Source: a phage. Taken from it: a stretch of DNA of 64,000 nt. Position 1 is the first letter of the stretch. Every line of letters begins with the position of its first letter. A program made the position numbers and the translations under genes. The stretch lies in the sequence record PX246731.1; one strand, given 5' to 3'. Shown here piece after piece: positions 17,077 through 27,439 of this stretch. The notes under the pieces were generated by a model. It saw nothing but the letters and a program-made list of their open reading frames with translations, searched no databases and was not told where the DNA came from.

Positions 17077-19656
17077 ATGCGTTACATCACCTCTCAAGAT
17101 ACGGGTAAGTATCCCATTGCTATCCTCGGTCATCAAATCCGAAGGGAGGAGATGATTAAAACCTACTTGCTGCCTAATGACCTAAGTATGGAAGATTTCA
17201 TCTTCATTGAACTTCATTCTGCCCCTGGTAAGAAGAAGACTCCTGCAAGGGAGATTAAGGAGTTCATACAGCAGGAACTGCAACAAGTACTGGATGATGC
17301 AGAGACTCAGTACATTATCTGTACCGATTCTGATTACTTTAAAATACTGACTAAAGAAGCTAAAGCAGAGGCTAACCTCGGCTATGTTTGTGACTCAGTA
17401 TGGGGTAAGCAGAAGGTTATCTATGCACCTAGCTACAGACAGGTCTTTTATGACCCTCCTGTAGTGAAATCCAAGATTGCTCAGGGTATGGATGCATTAC
17501 TTAACCACATTCGTGGACAGTATGCTGAACCAGGTCATGGAATCATTGAGTTTGAAGCCTACCCGGATACTCCAGAAAAGATTAAAGCCTGGCTAGACCA
17601 GTTGCTTGAGATGAATAAGCCACTGGCTATAGACATTGAAGCATTCGGTTTAAAGCACTATAACGCAGGTATAGGGACAATTACATTCTGTTGGAGTAAG
17701 ACACAAGGCATAGCCTTTAATGTGGACTACGAGCCAATTCCTGGAGCTACTGAAGCACCATATGGACGTATCAACAGGAATGATGTTGTTCGAAATCTTC
17801 TACGCGAGTTCTTCATTAAGTACACACAACGGCAGATGTATCACAACATTAGCTATGACGTGTATGTACTTATCTATCAGTTATTCATGGATAACCTGAT
17901 TGATACAGAAGGCTTACTGCATGGCATGGAAATCATGCTGCGTAATTGGGACTGTACTAAGCTAATCACTTACTTAGCTACTAACAGTTGTGCTGGTAAT
18001 CACCTTAGTCTGAAAGATCAAGCTCAGGAGTATGCTGGTAACTATGCTCAGGATGATATTAAAGACATTCGTCTTATTCCTAATGAGCAACTGTTACGCT
18101 ACAACCTCATTGATGGTTTATGTACTTGGTACACCTATGAGAAGCACTGGGATACCTTGGTAGCTGATGACCAACTGGATGTTTACAACAACATCTTTAA
18201 GCCAGCTTGTGAAGACATCATCCAGATGCAATTAACCGGTATGCCTATGAATATGGATACCGTTAACCAAGTAGCTAAGGAGATGGAAACTGACAGGAAC
18301 CAAGCTCTGAAAACTATTCGTGAGTCTAAGCTCATGAAGAACTTCACCCTGATGCTTCGTCAGGAATGGGTAGATGATAAGAATGCTAAGCTTAAGAAGA
18401 AACAAGTAACGCTTGCTGACTGTGACATCGAGTTTAATCCAAACTCCGGTCCACAATTACAGAAGCTGTTATTTGATTATATTGGCTTACCGGTTCTTGG
18501 TCTTACTAAGAACAAGCAACCTGCTACTGACGGTGACACTATTAAAGCACTGCGTACACACACGCAGAGTGAAGATGTTAAGGAACTGCTCAATGCACTT
18601 ATCGACTATAAGCTCGTGGATAAGATTATCACTAGCTTTATACCAGCTTTCAGGAATGCCCAACCCGGGCCGGATGGATGGCACTACCTATTCGGCAACC
18701 TCAATTTGGGAGGCACAGTCTCCGGTAGGCTATCGGCTTCAGAGCCAAATCTACAAACAATTCCATCCGGCTCTAAATATGCCAAGAAGATTAAGAAATG
18801 CTTCGAAGCTCCTCCAGGCTGGATATTTTGCGGCTTGGATTTCGCCTCGCTGGAAGACAGAATCTCTGCACTAACTACTAAAGACCCACAGAAGCTTAAG
18901 GTATATACCGATGGCTATGATGGGCACAGTCTCCGTGCATATGCTTACTTTGGTGAGCAGATGCCAGACATAGAAGACACAGTAGAATCCATTAACTCCA
19001 TTCAGCATAAGTACAAATCATTACGTAGTGACTCGAAGGCTCCAACCTTCTTGCTTACCTATGGTGGTACGTATATGGGGTTAATGAAAAACTGTGGCTT
19101 CTCTGAAGAGAAAGCTAAGACTACAGAGAAACGTTATCACGACCTCTATGTAGTTAGCGACAAGTGGGTTCAGGCTAAGCTAGACGAAGCTGCCAAAACT
19201 GGTTATGTTACTGCCGCATTCGGTTTGAGAGTGCGTACTCCTTTACTGGCTCAGGTTTTACGTGGGACATGTAAGACTCCGTATGAAGCAGAAGCAGAAG
19301 GCAGAACTGCTGGTAATGCTTTAGGGCAAAGCTGGTGTCTACTGAATAACCGTGCTGGTTCAGAATTTATGCGTAAAGTCAGAGCCAGTGAGTTCAGGTT
19401 AGATATACGTCCTAGTATTCATATTCACGATGCTCAGTACTTCATGATTCGTGACAACATGGATACCTTGCAGTTCACGAACAAGCACTTGGTTGAGGCC
19501 GTTAACTGGCAAGACCATCCCGATATTGCTCATCCAGAAGTTGGTTTGGGTGGGGAACTATCCTTGTTTTACCCAACGTGGGCTAACGAGATTGAAATTC
19601 CAAATCACGCTACCCCAGAAGAAGTTCATCAAATAATTCAAAAGGCATTCGCATGA
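17077..19656 (+). CDS. DNA polymerase, family A (with 3'-5' exonuclease domain)
   Basis: Exo motif LAIDIEAFG; motif A GLDFASLEDRI; motif B KAPTFLLTYGGTYMGL; motif C IHIHDAQYF. Size (859 aa) is similar to the N4 DNA polymerase. Confidence 0.85.
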   Translation: MRYITSQDTGKYPIAILGHQIRREEMIKTYLLPNDLSMEDFIFIELHSAPGKKKTPAREIKEFIQQELQQVLDDAETQYIICTDSDYFKILTKEAKAEANLGYVCDSVWGKQKVIYAPSYRQVFYDPPVVKSKIAQGMDALLNHIRGQYAEPGHGIIEFEAYPDTPEKIKAWLDQLLEMNKPLAIDIEAFGLKHYNAGIGTITFCWSKTQGIAFNVDYEPIPGATEAPYGRINRNDVVRNLLREFFIKYTQRQMYHNISYDVYVLIYQLFMDNLIDTEGLLHGMEIMLRNWDCTKLITYLATNSCAGNHLSLKDQAQEYAGNYAQDDIKDIRLIPNEQLLRYNLIDGLCTWYTYEKHWDTLVADDQLDVYNNIFKPACEDIIQMQLTGMPMNMDTVNQVAKEMETDRNQALKTIRESKLMKNFTLMLRQEWVDDKNAKLKKKQVTLADCDIEFNPNSGPQLQKLLFDYIGLPVLGLTKNKQPATDGDTIKALRTHTQSEDVKELLNALIDYKLVDKIITSFIPAFRNAQPGPDGWHYLFGNLNLGGTVSGRLSASEPNLQTIPSGSKYAKKIKKCFEAPPGWIFCGLDFASLEDRISALTTKDPQKLKVYTDGYDGHSLRAYAYFGEQMPDIEDTVESINSIQHKYKSLRSDSKAPTFLLTYGGTYMGLMKNCGFSEEKAKTTEKRYHDLYVVSDKWVQAKLDEAAKTGYVTAAFGLRVRTPLLAQVLRGTCKTPYEAEAEGRTAGNALGQSWCLLNNRAGSEFMRKVRASEFRLDIRPSIHIHDAQYFMIRDNMDTLQFTNKHLVEAVNWQDHPDIAHPEVGLGGELSLFYPTWANEIEIPNHATPEEVHQIIQKAFA

Positions 19657-19958
19657 CCAAAAGCACTAAAGAAACTGTAGTCAGAAAATATCATTGGATG
19701 GTAGCAGCACAGGTAGTATTCCAACTTCCTAAAGTGGATGATGGTTCCCTGCTTACCATGAATACAATGTTGCTCACTGATGAACCTTATGTGACCTATA
19801 AAGATTTGGCCCGTGCCAATCACTCCCTGAAAATTAGTCTGGACCAACGCTTCGATACCTCAGTTGACTTGAAAGACATTGTTTACCTGTCTCTTAGCAA
19901 CCTGGGTCTGATGTCTGAACCAGAGTTCCAGGCAAACATGATTCCTAAGGAGAAGTAA
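19653..19958 (+). CDS. hypothetical protein
   Basis: 101-aa ORF overlapping the polymerase stop. Confidence 0.4.
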   Translation: MTKSTKETVVRKYHWMVAAQVVFQLPKVDDGSLLTMNTMLLTDEPYVTYKDLARANHSLKISLDQRFDTSVDLKDIVYLSLSNLGLMSEPEFQANMIPKEK

Positions 19959-20425
19959 TGGCTAAGCTCTCCGGTGGATTGAATAACTGGTATGTAGTAC
20001 CAGTTAAGCACCCTCAACGGAAAGAGCAAGAGCCATATCAAGCGGAGTGTGAGGATATTATCCAAGCACTGGGCATGACCTTCGATGAAGGTTGTGCCTT
20101 TAAAGCTCTATGGCGAAATGCTGCTGCCCGTATGGGTAATGGTAAACCAGGAAACACTTCAGTATATGACGCTGAAAAGCTAGTTCATTACGCTAATCGT
20201 ATTCTTACTAAGGAGAAGTTAGTAGATGAATTGCCTGCCACAGATACCACTGCTATTGGGAGATGCTGGCATTACCCAGGAAATGGGAAGCCTTATATAA
20301 CAACAAACTTTCAGTTCATTGAGGTAGCGTACAAAGGTGAGCTAGATAATATAGTCAGCTATAACTTCGATGAGGTAGAGGGTATTCGCTGGAACCAGGT
20401 GCATAAATACAGGATTACTTACTGA
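19958..20425 (+). CDS. hypothetical protein (replication-module associated)
   Basis: 155-aa ORF, translationally coupled to its neighbours. Confidence 0.4.
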   Translation: MAKLSGGLNNWYVVPVKHPQRKEQEPYQAECEDIIQALGMTFDEGCAFKALWRNAAARMGNGKPGNTSVYDAEKLVHYANRILTKEKLVDELPATDTTAIGRCWHYPGNGKPYITTNFQFIEVAYKGELDNIVSYNFDEVEGIRWNQVHKYRITY

Positions 20426-21405
20426 TGAAGATAACCAACAATCATGGTGTCTCACTGGCCCTGGCTGTATGGCTATTACATGACGAGTATGATTACGTAG
20501 ACAATCCTAAGTATTTGTCTGTTACTACATTGCTTAAGCCTATTAAGCAAATCGTCATGAAACATCGTGTAGATCTTAGTGACCAGTCAATTGATGTTAT
20601 GGATTTCGTCTCCACATCAATGGGTACTGGTTTACATGATTCTATCGAGAAAGCCTGGAAGCTGGGACATAAGACTGCATTGAAGAAGTTGGGATATCCT
20701 CAGCGAGTAATTGATGCAGTAGTTATTAACCCAACCAAAGCAGACTTTGATGCTAACCCTGACCTTATCCCAATCTACATTGAACAACGTGGAACCAGGG
20801 TAGTTAAGGGTTGGACTATCGGTGGTAAGTTCGACATCGTAACAGAAGGTCTGCTGCAAGACTTTAAGTCCACCTCAACCTATTCCTGGGTTGCTGGTTC
20901 CCGTGATGATGAACACAAGATGCAAGGCAGCTTGTACCGTTGGATTCACAACGACATCATTACTGAGGATGTAATCCGTATTAACTACATCTTCACTGAT
21001 TTCATGAAGCACATGGCTAATAGCAACCCGAACTATCCTGCTAATCGTATTATGCACAAGGATATTCCGTTGCTATCTGTCGAGAATACTGAACGTTGGG
21101 TAGAAGAGAAGATTCACCTCATTGAGAAGTACTGGAATGCACCTGAAGAGGAAATTCCTGAATGTACTGACGAGGAGTTGTGGCGAACAGAGCCACAGTT
21201 CAAATACTTCTCTGATGCTTCCAAGGTAGATGTGCCTGGAGCCAGAAGTACCAAAAACTTTGACGATATGGCATCTGCTCGTATCTTCATGGCTGAAAAA
21301 GGTGGCAAGGGTGCTATCAAGGTCGTGGAGGGGCAGGTTAAGCGTTGTCTATACTGCCCTGTCGCGTCCATTTGCAAACAAAGAGAGAGATATTTTCCAT
21401 CATGA
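20425..21405 (+). CDS. putative nuclease (PD-(D/E)XK / Cas4-RecB-like, tentative)
   Basis: 326-aa ORF in the replication module with a C-terminal Cys cluster (CLYCPVASIC); the call is tentative. Confidence 0.3.
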   Translation: MKITNNHGVSLALAVWLLHDEYDYVDNPKYLSVTTLLKPIKQIVMKHRVDLSDQSIDVMDFVSTSMGTGLHDSIEKAWKLGHKTALKKLGYPQRVIDAVVINPTKADFDANPDLIPIYIEQRGTRVVKGWTIGGKFDIVTEGLLQDFKSTSTYSWVAGSRDDEHKMQGSLYRWIHNDIITEDVIRINYIFTDFMKHMANSNPNYPANRIMHKDIPLLSVENTERWVEEKIHLIEKYWNAPEEEIPECTDEELWRTEPQFKYFSDASKVDVPGARSTKNFDDMASARIFMAEKGGKGAIKVVEGQVKRCLYCPVASICKQRERYFPS

Positions 21406-23555
21406 GTATTGACCTGACCGGAGTCACTCACCACCCTGCAATTGAAGAAATTGTAGACGTGCTGTGTAACAAGACGCAAAACAACGACAGAGGATTCTTC
21501 CGTGTCGAAGTAGCCTACTTCCTGGCTAAAATGGCATCCTGCATGGGTGCAACCATTGTCACTAAAGACCGTGGTGACTTACCAGTCAACATTTACGCTA
21601 TGGCATTAGCAACGTCTGGCTTCGGTAAAGGTCACTCGGTAAATATTATTGAAGACGGGTTCATGACTGGCTTCCGTAAACGCTTTATGGAAGACACCAT
21701 GCCCGTCATTGCAAATGACCGTTTATGGAAGATTGCTAACGAACGTGCTGCTCGTCAGGGTACAGACCAGAACGATGAGTTTGATAAAGTTGAAGCAGAA
21801 TATAAACGTGCTGGGGCATACCCGTTTACGTTTGACTCGGGTACTCCACCAGCAGTGAAACAGCTACGGCATAAGCTGTTAATGGCTGGGTGTGGTTCAA
21901 TCAACCTTCAGATTGATGAGATTGGTTCAAACCTGTTGGCTAACACAGATGTATTAACCCTGTTCCTGGAATTATATGACCAGGGTAAGGTTAAACAGAA
22001 GTTAACCAAGAATACTGCTGAAAGTGTCCGTGGGGAAGAACTGGATGGTAAGACTCCAGCTAACCTGTTGCTGTTTGGTACACCAAGTAAGCTACTGGAT
22101 GGTGGTCAGACTGAAGACCAGTTCTATGACTTTCTGGATACAGGATATGCTCGTCGCTGTCTGTTTGCCATTGGGCATATAGACAAACGAGCACATGCAA
22201 CAATGTCTCCAGAAGAAATCTACCGTAACCTGATTAAGCAGGATAACGTACAGTCTCTAGGTAAGTGGGCTAATCATTTCCATAGTTTGGCTGACCCAAA
22301 CCTGTTTGGCTTTAAGATGGTTGTGGAAGATGCAGTGGGCATTGCTCTGATTACTTACAAGATTGATTGTGAGAAACAAGCAGAAGCTATGGCTGACCAC
22401 GAAGAAATTCGTAAAGCTGAAATCTCTCACCGTTACTTCAAAGCTCTTAAGCTGGCTGGAGCACTGGCGTTTGTTGACCAGAGTTCATTCATTGAGATGT
22501 CCCACCTTAAACAAGCAATTCTGCTTGTAGAAGAATCCGGAGCAGCATTCCAGGGTATCCTCAATCGTGAGAAAGCCTACGTGAAGCTGGCTAAGTACAT
22601 TGCCTCTGTAGGTAAAGAAGTGACTCATGCTGACTTACTGGAGTCATTGCCGTTCTATAAGAGTGGCAATGCAGCTCGTAATGAGATGATGACTCTTGCT
22701 ACAGCATGGGGTTATAAGCAGCACATCATTATTAAGAAGACCTTCAATGAAGGTATTGAGTTCTTCCGTGGGGAAACTCTGAAAGAAACTGACATCAATG
22801 AGATGATAGTGGCATATAGTGATAGCTTTGCTTATGACTACATTGGTGAACGTGTACCGTTCGACCAGTTGCATGTATTAACCCAAGCTCCCGGTATGCA
22901 CTGGGTGAACCACCACATGAAGAATGGACATCGTTCTGAAGAGAACGTTATTCCAGGATTTAACATGATTGTTATTGACTGTGATGGTGGAGTACCACTG
23001 CATACGTGCCATGAACTGATGAAGGAATATAAGTTCATGACCTATACCACTAAGCGTCATTCCGATGAAGAGAATCGCTTCCGGCTGATTATTCCAATGA
23101 ACTATGAGTTACACCTCGATACCGAGGAATACAAAGAGTTCATGAATAACGTCATGTCTTGGCTACCGTTTGAAACGGATGAATCTGCTAATCAGCGAGC
23201 CAAGAAGTGGATGTCCTGTGAGACTGGTTCTTATCATTACAACCTTGAAGCAAATCTGTTGGACGTGCGTGACTTTATTCCTCGTACTAGTAAGAACGAG
23301 CAGTTCCAGAACCAGATGAAGGAAGTACAGTCGTTGGATAATCTGGAGCGTTGGTTCGCTAGTCGTATTGCTACCGGTAATCGTAATAATCAAATGATTA
23401 AGTACGCACTGGCATTGGTTGACAGTGGTTGGGATTTTGCCCAAGTACAGCAAGCCGTCCACTCATTCAATAAGAAACTGGCTAATCCATTGCCTGATGA
23501 TGAATTGAATGCAACCGTAATGGTCACCGTGGCTAAACGCTTCGCTGGCAAGTAA
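21402..23555 (+). CDS. putative DNA primase (N4 gp43-like by position)
   Basis: Start at ATG 21402 overlapping the upstream stop (ATGA). About 717 aa, placed between the polymerase and SSB as the N4 primase is. Confidence 0.4.
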   Translation: MSIDLTGVTHHPAIEEIVDVLCNKTQNNDRGFFRVEVAYFLAKMASCMGATIVTKDRGDLPVNIYAMALATSGFGKGHSVNIIEDGFMTGFRKRFMEDTMPVIANDRLWKIANERAARQGTDQNDEFDKVEAEYKRAGAYPFTFDSGTPPAVKQLRHKLLMAGCGSINLQIDEIGSNLLANTDVLTLFLELYDQGKVKQKLTKNTAESVRGEELDGKTPANLLLFGTPSKLLDGGQTEDQFYDFLDTGYARRCLFAIGHIDKRAHATMSPEEIYRNLIKQDNVQSLGKWANHFHSLADPNLFGFKMVVEDAVGIALITYKIDCEKQAEAMADHEEIRKAEISHRYFKALKLAGALAFVDQSSFIEMSHLKQAILLVEESGAAFQGILNREKAYVKLAKYIASVGKEVTHADLLESLPFYKSGNAARNEMMTLATAWGYKQHIIIKKTFNEGIEFFRGETLKETDINEMIVAYSDSFAYDYIGERVPFDQLHVLTQAPGMHWVNHHMKNGHRSEENVIPGFNMIVIDCDGGVPLHTCHELMKEYKFMTYTTKRHSDEENRFRLIIPMNYELHLDTEEYKEFMNNVMSWLPFETDESANQRAKKWMSCETGSYHYNLEANLLDVRDFIPRTSKNEQFQNQMKEVQSLDNLERWFASRIATGNRNNQMIKYALALVDSGWDFAQVQQAVHSFNKKLANPLPDDELNATVMVTVAKRFAGK

Positions 23556-23611
23556 GCAAACAGGAGTCTTTCTTTGGTTTGAAGGACTCCTAAATTAAAT
23601 GAGGAAAAATA

Positions 23612-24364
23612 ATGTCCGAAGTAATTCCCAATGATATGAACACTCAGCTAATCCTGATTGCAGGATTCTCAGCGAGTGGTAAATCAGCATCACTGCGTAA
23701 CATCCGGAACCAGGAACGCTGGCTCTATCTGAATACTGAAGCAGGTAAACGTCTGCCTTTCCGTAACAAATTTAATACTTACAACATTGAAGACCCATAC
23801 CAGATTTGGGAAGCATTTGATGTTGCATCTCCTGGTGGAGAAATGGCAGATGATGTTGATGGTATCATCATTGACTCAGCAACCTTTATGATGGATATGC
23901 TGGAATCCCAGTACGTATTGCCTTCTGCAAATACGCAAAAGGCATGGGGTGACTTTGCACAGTTCTTTAAGATACTGCTGCAACAAAAAGTCGTTAAGTT
24001 TGGTAAGCCAGTAATCATTACTGCTCATGCTAAAGACGAACTTGATGAAGCTGCTGGTGTAATGAAAACATTCATCCCAGTGAAAGGTTCTCTGAAGAAT
24101 AACGGGCTTGAAGCCTACTTCTCTACAGTGGTTTACGCAGAACGTGTAGACATTAAAGAACTGGAGAAGTACGGAAACAAGATGCTTGAAATTACGGAAG
24201 AAGAACGTGACTTAGGGTATAAGCACGTATTCCAGACCCGTCCAACTAAGAAGTCGGTCGGTAAACGACTTCGTTCTCCAATGGGTATGTTCGATAAGTC
24301 CGAGACTTACATTGATAACGATGCCCAAAAACTCTTAGACCATCTGGCTGAATACTACGCTTAA
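23612..24364 (+). CDS. P-loop ATPase (putative)
   Basis: Walker A-like ILIAGFSASGKSAS and Walker B-like GIIIDSATFM; gaggaa RBS. Confidence 0.45.
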   Translation: MSEVIPNDMNTQLILIAGFSASGKSASLRNIRNQERWLYLNTEAGKRLPFRNKFNTYNIEDPYQIWEAFDVASPGGEMADDVDGIIIDSATFMMDMLESQYVLPSANTQKAWGDFAQFFKILLQQKVVKFGKPVIITAHAKDELDEAAGVMKTFIPVKGSLKNNGLEAYFSTVVYAERVDIKELEKYGNKMLEITEEERDLGYKHVFQTRPTKKSVGKRLRSPMGMFDKSETYIDNDAQKLLDHLAEYYA

Positions 24365-24403
24365 GCGTTTGCCTGGTTGTTAATCACTTATTAGGAAAAT
24401 CAT

Positions 24404-25201
24404 ATGTCATTGTTCAGTAATCTGAAAGAAAAAACCAAAAACGTTGAAGCTGTTAAAGACTCCCTGGGTGGTGGTGGCTTCGGTGCAAAAGAAACCGATA
24501 TCTACACTGGTACTGTAAAAGTAGCTTACGTAGGCAAAGCTGACTCTGGTGCAGATTGGATGCAGTTAATCATTGAAGACCTGAAGAACTCTGATGGCGT
24601 ACCTGCTGGTGAGTTCCGTGCTCAGGTGTACTTCACTTCTGGTAATGCTAAAGGCAACAAGCCGACTTACGAGAAGAACGGTAAAGAGTACTTCTTGCCT
24701 GGCTACACTGTCATTAACGACATGATGCTGATGGCTACCGGTACTGAACTGCCTGAAGCTGACTTCGAAGAGAAGATTGTTAAAGTCTATGACTTCGATG
24801 CTAAAGCAGAAGTTAATAAATCCGTCATGGTTCCGGTTGACCTGGTAGGTCAGACTGTTACCTTCGCTCTGGAAAAGGTTCTGGAATCCAAGCAGGTTAA
24901 AGGTGACAACGGTTACGTTGACTCCGGTGAAACTCGTGAAGTAAACGAGATTCAGAAAGTGTTTCATCCGGAACTGTTGGTCACAGTCGTCGAAGCTCAG
25001 GAAGCAGAGAAGGCTGAGAAAGAACTGACCCCAGAACTGGCTGTATTCTATGCAGCATGGCTAGAGAAGAACAAAGGCAAGACTCGTGACAAGACTAAGA
25101 GTTCTGCTGGTGGTAATGGTAAAGGTGGCTTGCCTCCTAAACCTGGTGCTGGCACGGGTACTACTCCTACTGGTGGTAAATCACTGTTCGGTAAACGTTA
25201 A
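24404..25201 (+). CDS. single-stranded DNA-binding protein (N4 SSB-like)
   Basis: Position after the primase/ATPase genes and length (265 aa) match what I recall for the N4 SSB; Gly-rich segments. Identity is by synteny and size. Confidence 0.5.
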   Translation: MSLFSNLKEKTKNVEAVKDSLGGGGFGAKETDIYTGTVKVAYVGKADSGADWMQLIIEDLKNSDGVPAGEFRAQVYFTSGNAKGNKPTYEKNGKEYFLPGYTVINDMMLMATGTELPEADFEEKIVKVYDFDAKAEVNKSVMVPVDLVGQTVTFALEKVLESKQVKGDNGYVDSGETREVNEIQKVFHPELLVTVVEAQEAEKAEKELTPELAVFYAAWLEKNKGKTRDKTKSSAGGNGKGGLPPKPGAGTGTTPTGGKSLFGKR

Positions 25202-25755
25202 TGAAAATCCCAATTGTCGGTGCAGACATTAGTCTCCGCAATTGGGGTTTAGCTCGTGGGATGCTGGACATTGAGTCCGGCGTCTTCGAGCAGGTCGAAC
25301 TTAAACTGGTTCAAACTGAAGTTGACCACAACAAACAAGTTCGAACCAACTCCAAAGATATACAAGCCGCTCACGATTTGTTTCTTGGTTGTGAGGAATG
25401 GTTACGGTCTGCTAAAGCAGTATTCGTAGAAGTACCAGTAGGCTCTCAGTCTGCTAACGGTATGAAATCCTATGGCGTATGCGTAGGATTAATAGGTGCA
25501 TTTCGTGCATTGGGTTGTCCAATCTTTGAAGTATCCCCAATTGAAAACAAACTTGCACTGGTCGGTGATAAAACTGCATCCAAGGACACGATGATTCGTG
25601 CTGCTCATGCCATCTATCCTGAAGCCAACTGGCTCACGGATAAGAAAGGCAAACTTCTGAATAAGAATGAGCACTTAGCAGATGCAATCGGTGCAATCCA
25701 TGCTGGTGTAAATCTCCCAGCTTTCCAGAACCTCATTAAATTATTAAAGGCGTAA
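25201..25755 (+). CDS. RuvC-like Holliday junction resolvase
   Basis: IVGADISLRNWGLA resembles the RuvC N-terminal catalytic motif, and LADAIGAIHAG the C-terminal RuvC motif. Confidence 0.55.
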   Translation: MKIPIVGADISLRNWGLARGMLDIESGVFEQVELKLVQTEVDHNKQVRTNSKDIQAAHDLFLGCEEWLRSAKAVFVEVPVGSQSANGMKSYGVCVGLIGAFRALGCPIFEVSPIENKLALVGDKTASKDTMIRAAHAIYPEANWLTDKKGKLLNKNEHLADAIGAIHAGVNLPAFQNLIKLLKA

Positions 25756-25756
25756 T

Positions 25757-26203
25757 ATGCAAATCATTTTGAACCAGTCCGAAGTAGAAGCTGCTGTACA
25801 GGCTTATGTCGATGATCAAATCAATCTTGCTGGTGACATCAATATTGTCATCAATGCAGATGGTACTGCCTCCGTTGGTATTAATGAAGAGGTAAGTCAT
25901 GATGATGACACCCCACCCGTGGTAGAGAAGAAGACTCGTCGTTCTCGTAAGAACCCACAAGAAGCTAAACATCGTCCGGTAGAACCAGAACCGGAAGAAG
26001 TAGCTGAAGAGGTAAAGGTAGAAGAAACCCAGACCTCTACTGGTGGTCAGAACGAGAGTTCTACGCCGGAACCTGAAGAAGAAGAAGCAGTAACTGAACC
26101 AGAAGCACAAGAAGAAGTTGTGCAGGAAGAAGTTAAGGCTGAAGAACCAGCAGAAAAACCTGCTACTAAGCCTTCACTGTTCGCTGGCCTTAAACGTAGT
26201 TAA
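25757..26203 (+). CDS. highly acidic low-complexity protein
   Basis: The C-terminal two-thirds is E/P/T-rich (PEPEEVAEEVKVEE, EPEEEEAVTEPEAQEEVVQEEVKAEEP). Confidence 0.45.
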   Translation: MQIILNQSEVEAAVQAYVDDQINLAGDINIVINADGTASVGINEEVSHDDDTPPVVEKKTRRSRKNPQEAKHRPVEPEPEEVAEEVKVEETQTSTGGQNESSTPEPEEEEAVTEPEAQEEVVQEEVKAEEPAEKPATKPSLFAGLKRS

Positions 26204-26434
26204 TCTGGTAGGTGGCTCAGAAGCTGCTGCTAGGTGTGGTAGTGTTTATAGTCCTGATGCTACTACTGGTCAGGATTATAGACGTGTCGGCTCCATACAT
26301 AGCTTTTATCATCACTGTCATTATCCTGTGGAAATGCAGTGGTAAACACGGTGGTGACAAGCCGCCAGAGTAACAACAACCGAACCAGTGTGCAGGAATA
26401 CTCTCCCCTGTGCATTGGTTCAACTGAGGCCAAT

Positions 26435-26605
26435 ATGAACAAATTTACTATTCACTGGTTTAATGGAAAGGTTAGTTCTTTCATGGGTGGAGAACCTGCT
26501 GAAGGAAAGAAAGCATTTCACATTGAATCAGAAGGCTGCAAAATCTTAGTACCGTATGTTTGGTATAAAGATGGTGAAGTAGAAGCATTAAAAAAGAGTA
26601 GTTAA
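26435..26605 (+). CDS. hypothetical small protein
   Basis: 56-aa ORF from an internal ATG with tgagg RBS (ORF track 26339..26605). Confidence 0.3.
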   Translation: MNKFTIHWFNGKVSSFMGGEPAEGKKAFHIESEGCKILVPYVWYKDGEVEALKKSS

Positions 26606-27185
26606 TATCGTGAAGGGTTCTGTTAGAATCCTTTGAGATAGGAACTCCTATCATAACCTTTCTTAACTTAATCTTTGCCGTATGGCACTGACGCTAGGGT
26701 TGATGCCCATCCGTCAGTTAGACTATTTTAAGAATGGGTTATCACAGAAAATGTAAAGCAACATTCGGGTTAATCAATGGCCTCTCCCTATATGGGCCAT
26801 TTCTGAATCTTAGGCTATATCCCAAAGGTTAGTATCTTTGGGATAAGGCTTCAGATCCCTTATCAAACTAACGCTCATGTTGAGCACAACATTAACCCTT
26901 AATGTCGGATAGTTCATTAGGCTATTCCTCCAACATCGAGATGTTAGGTCTTACATGTAAGCTAAAACATAGGGTAAAGAGGGACTTGTCATCCCTCCCC
27001 TATTATGACATCCTATCAATGAGTACATTAAGCTAACGTGCGGAGGTTTACACTGTAGCCGGTGTAGATAGAGAAGACGGCAGGATAGCTACCTGTGCTT
27101 AGTGTACTCTTTGATAGGTTGTGCTATCAAAGTCCAGACGATATCTGAGTGACTTTAAAAACAGATGGAGCCAGGTGGAATCCCT

Positions 27186-27261
27186 GGCAATTAATTCCGG
27201 TGTAGGTACTAGTGTCGTGCACGGCATGAGCATTCTGGTTCGAGTCCAGACGCCGGAACCA
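27186..27261 (+). tRNA. tRNA-like gene 1 (3' half well defined; 5' boundary approximate)
   Basis: T-arm tctgg-ttcgagt-ccaga (27234-27250), 3' acceptor strand cgccgga (27251-57), discriminator A, encoded CCA (27259-61). A complementary tccggtg lies at 27196-27202, only 63 nt upstream, so the cloverleaf could not be completed by hand. Confidence 0.45.
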
Positions 27262-27263
27262 AT

Positions 27264-27387
27264 TACCAGTTGCACGAGATGGCTTGACATGTTCAAGTTT
27301 GGACTAAGTATGACACCGCTAGATTGGAGGGCTGCTGCGGTAAGCTATAGACTCCAACCGGGGGTTCGAATCCCTCACTGGTAACCA
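27264..27387 (+). tRNA. tRNA-like gene 2 (possibly carrying an insertion; boundaries approximate)
   Basis: T-arm ggggg-ttcgaat-ccctc (27360-76), 3' acceptor strand actggta (27377-83), A, CCA (27385-87). The only perfectly complementary 5' strand, taccagt, is at 27264-70, giving about 121 nt, longer than a canonical tRNA. Confidence 0.4.
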
Positions 27388-27439
27388 ATTCAAAGTAGCA
27401 TTGTGATAATCCATCCCGGAGTTCAAAGGCCAAACATGG

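Noticed and set aside
21345-21401. Upstream start (21345) for the putative primase ORF
   Set aside because: It would overlap the preceding gene by 60 nt. ATG 21402, overlapping the upstream stop as ATGA, fits the translational coupling seen throughout this module.
26118-26423. Overlapping ORFs 26118..26345 (+) and 26217..26423 (-) after the acidic protein gene
   Set aside because: No RBS, mutually overlapping on opposite strands, Cys/His-rich chance translations; treated as non-coding spacer.
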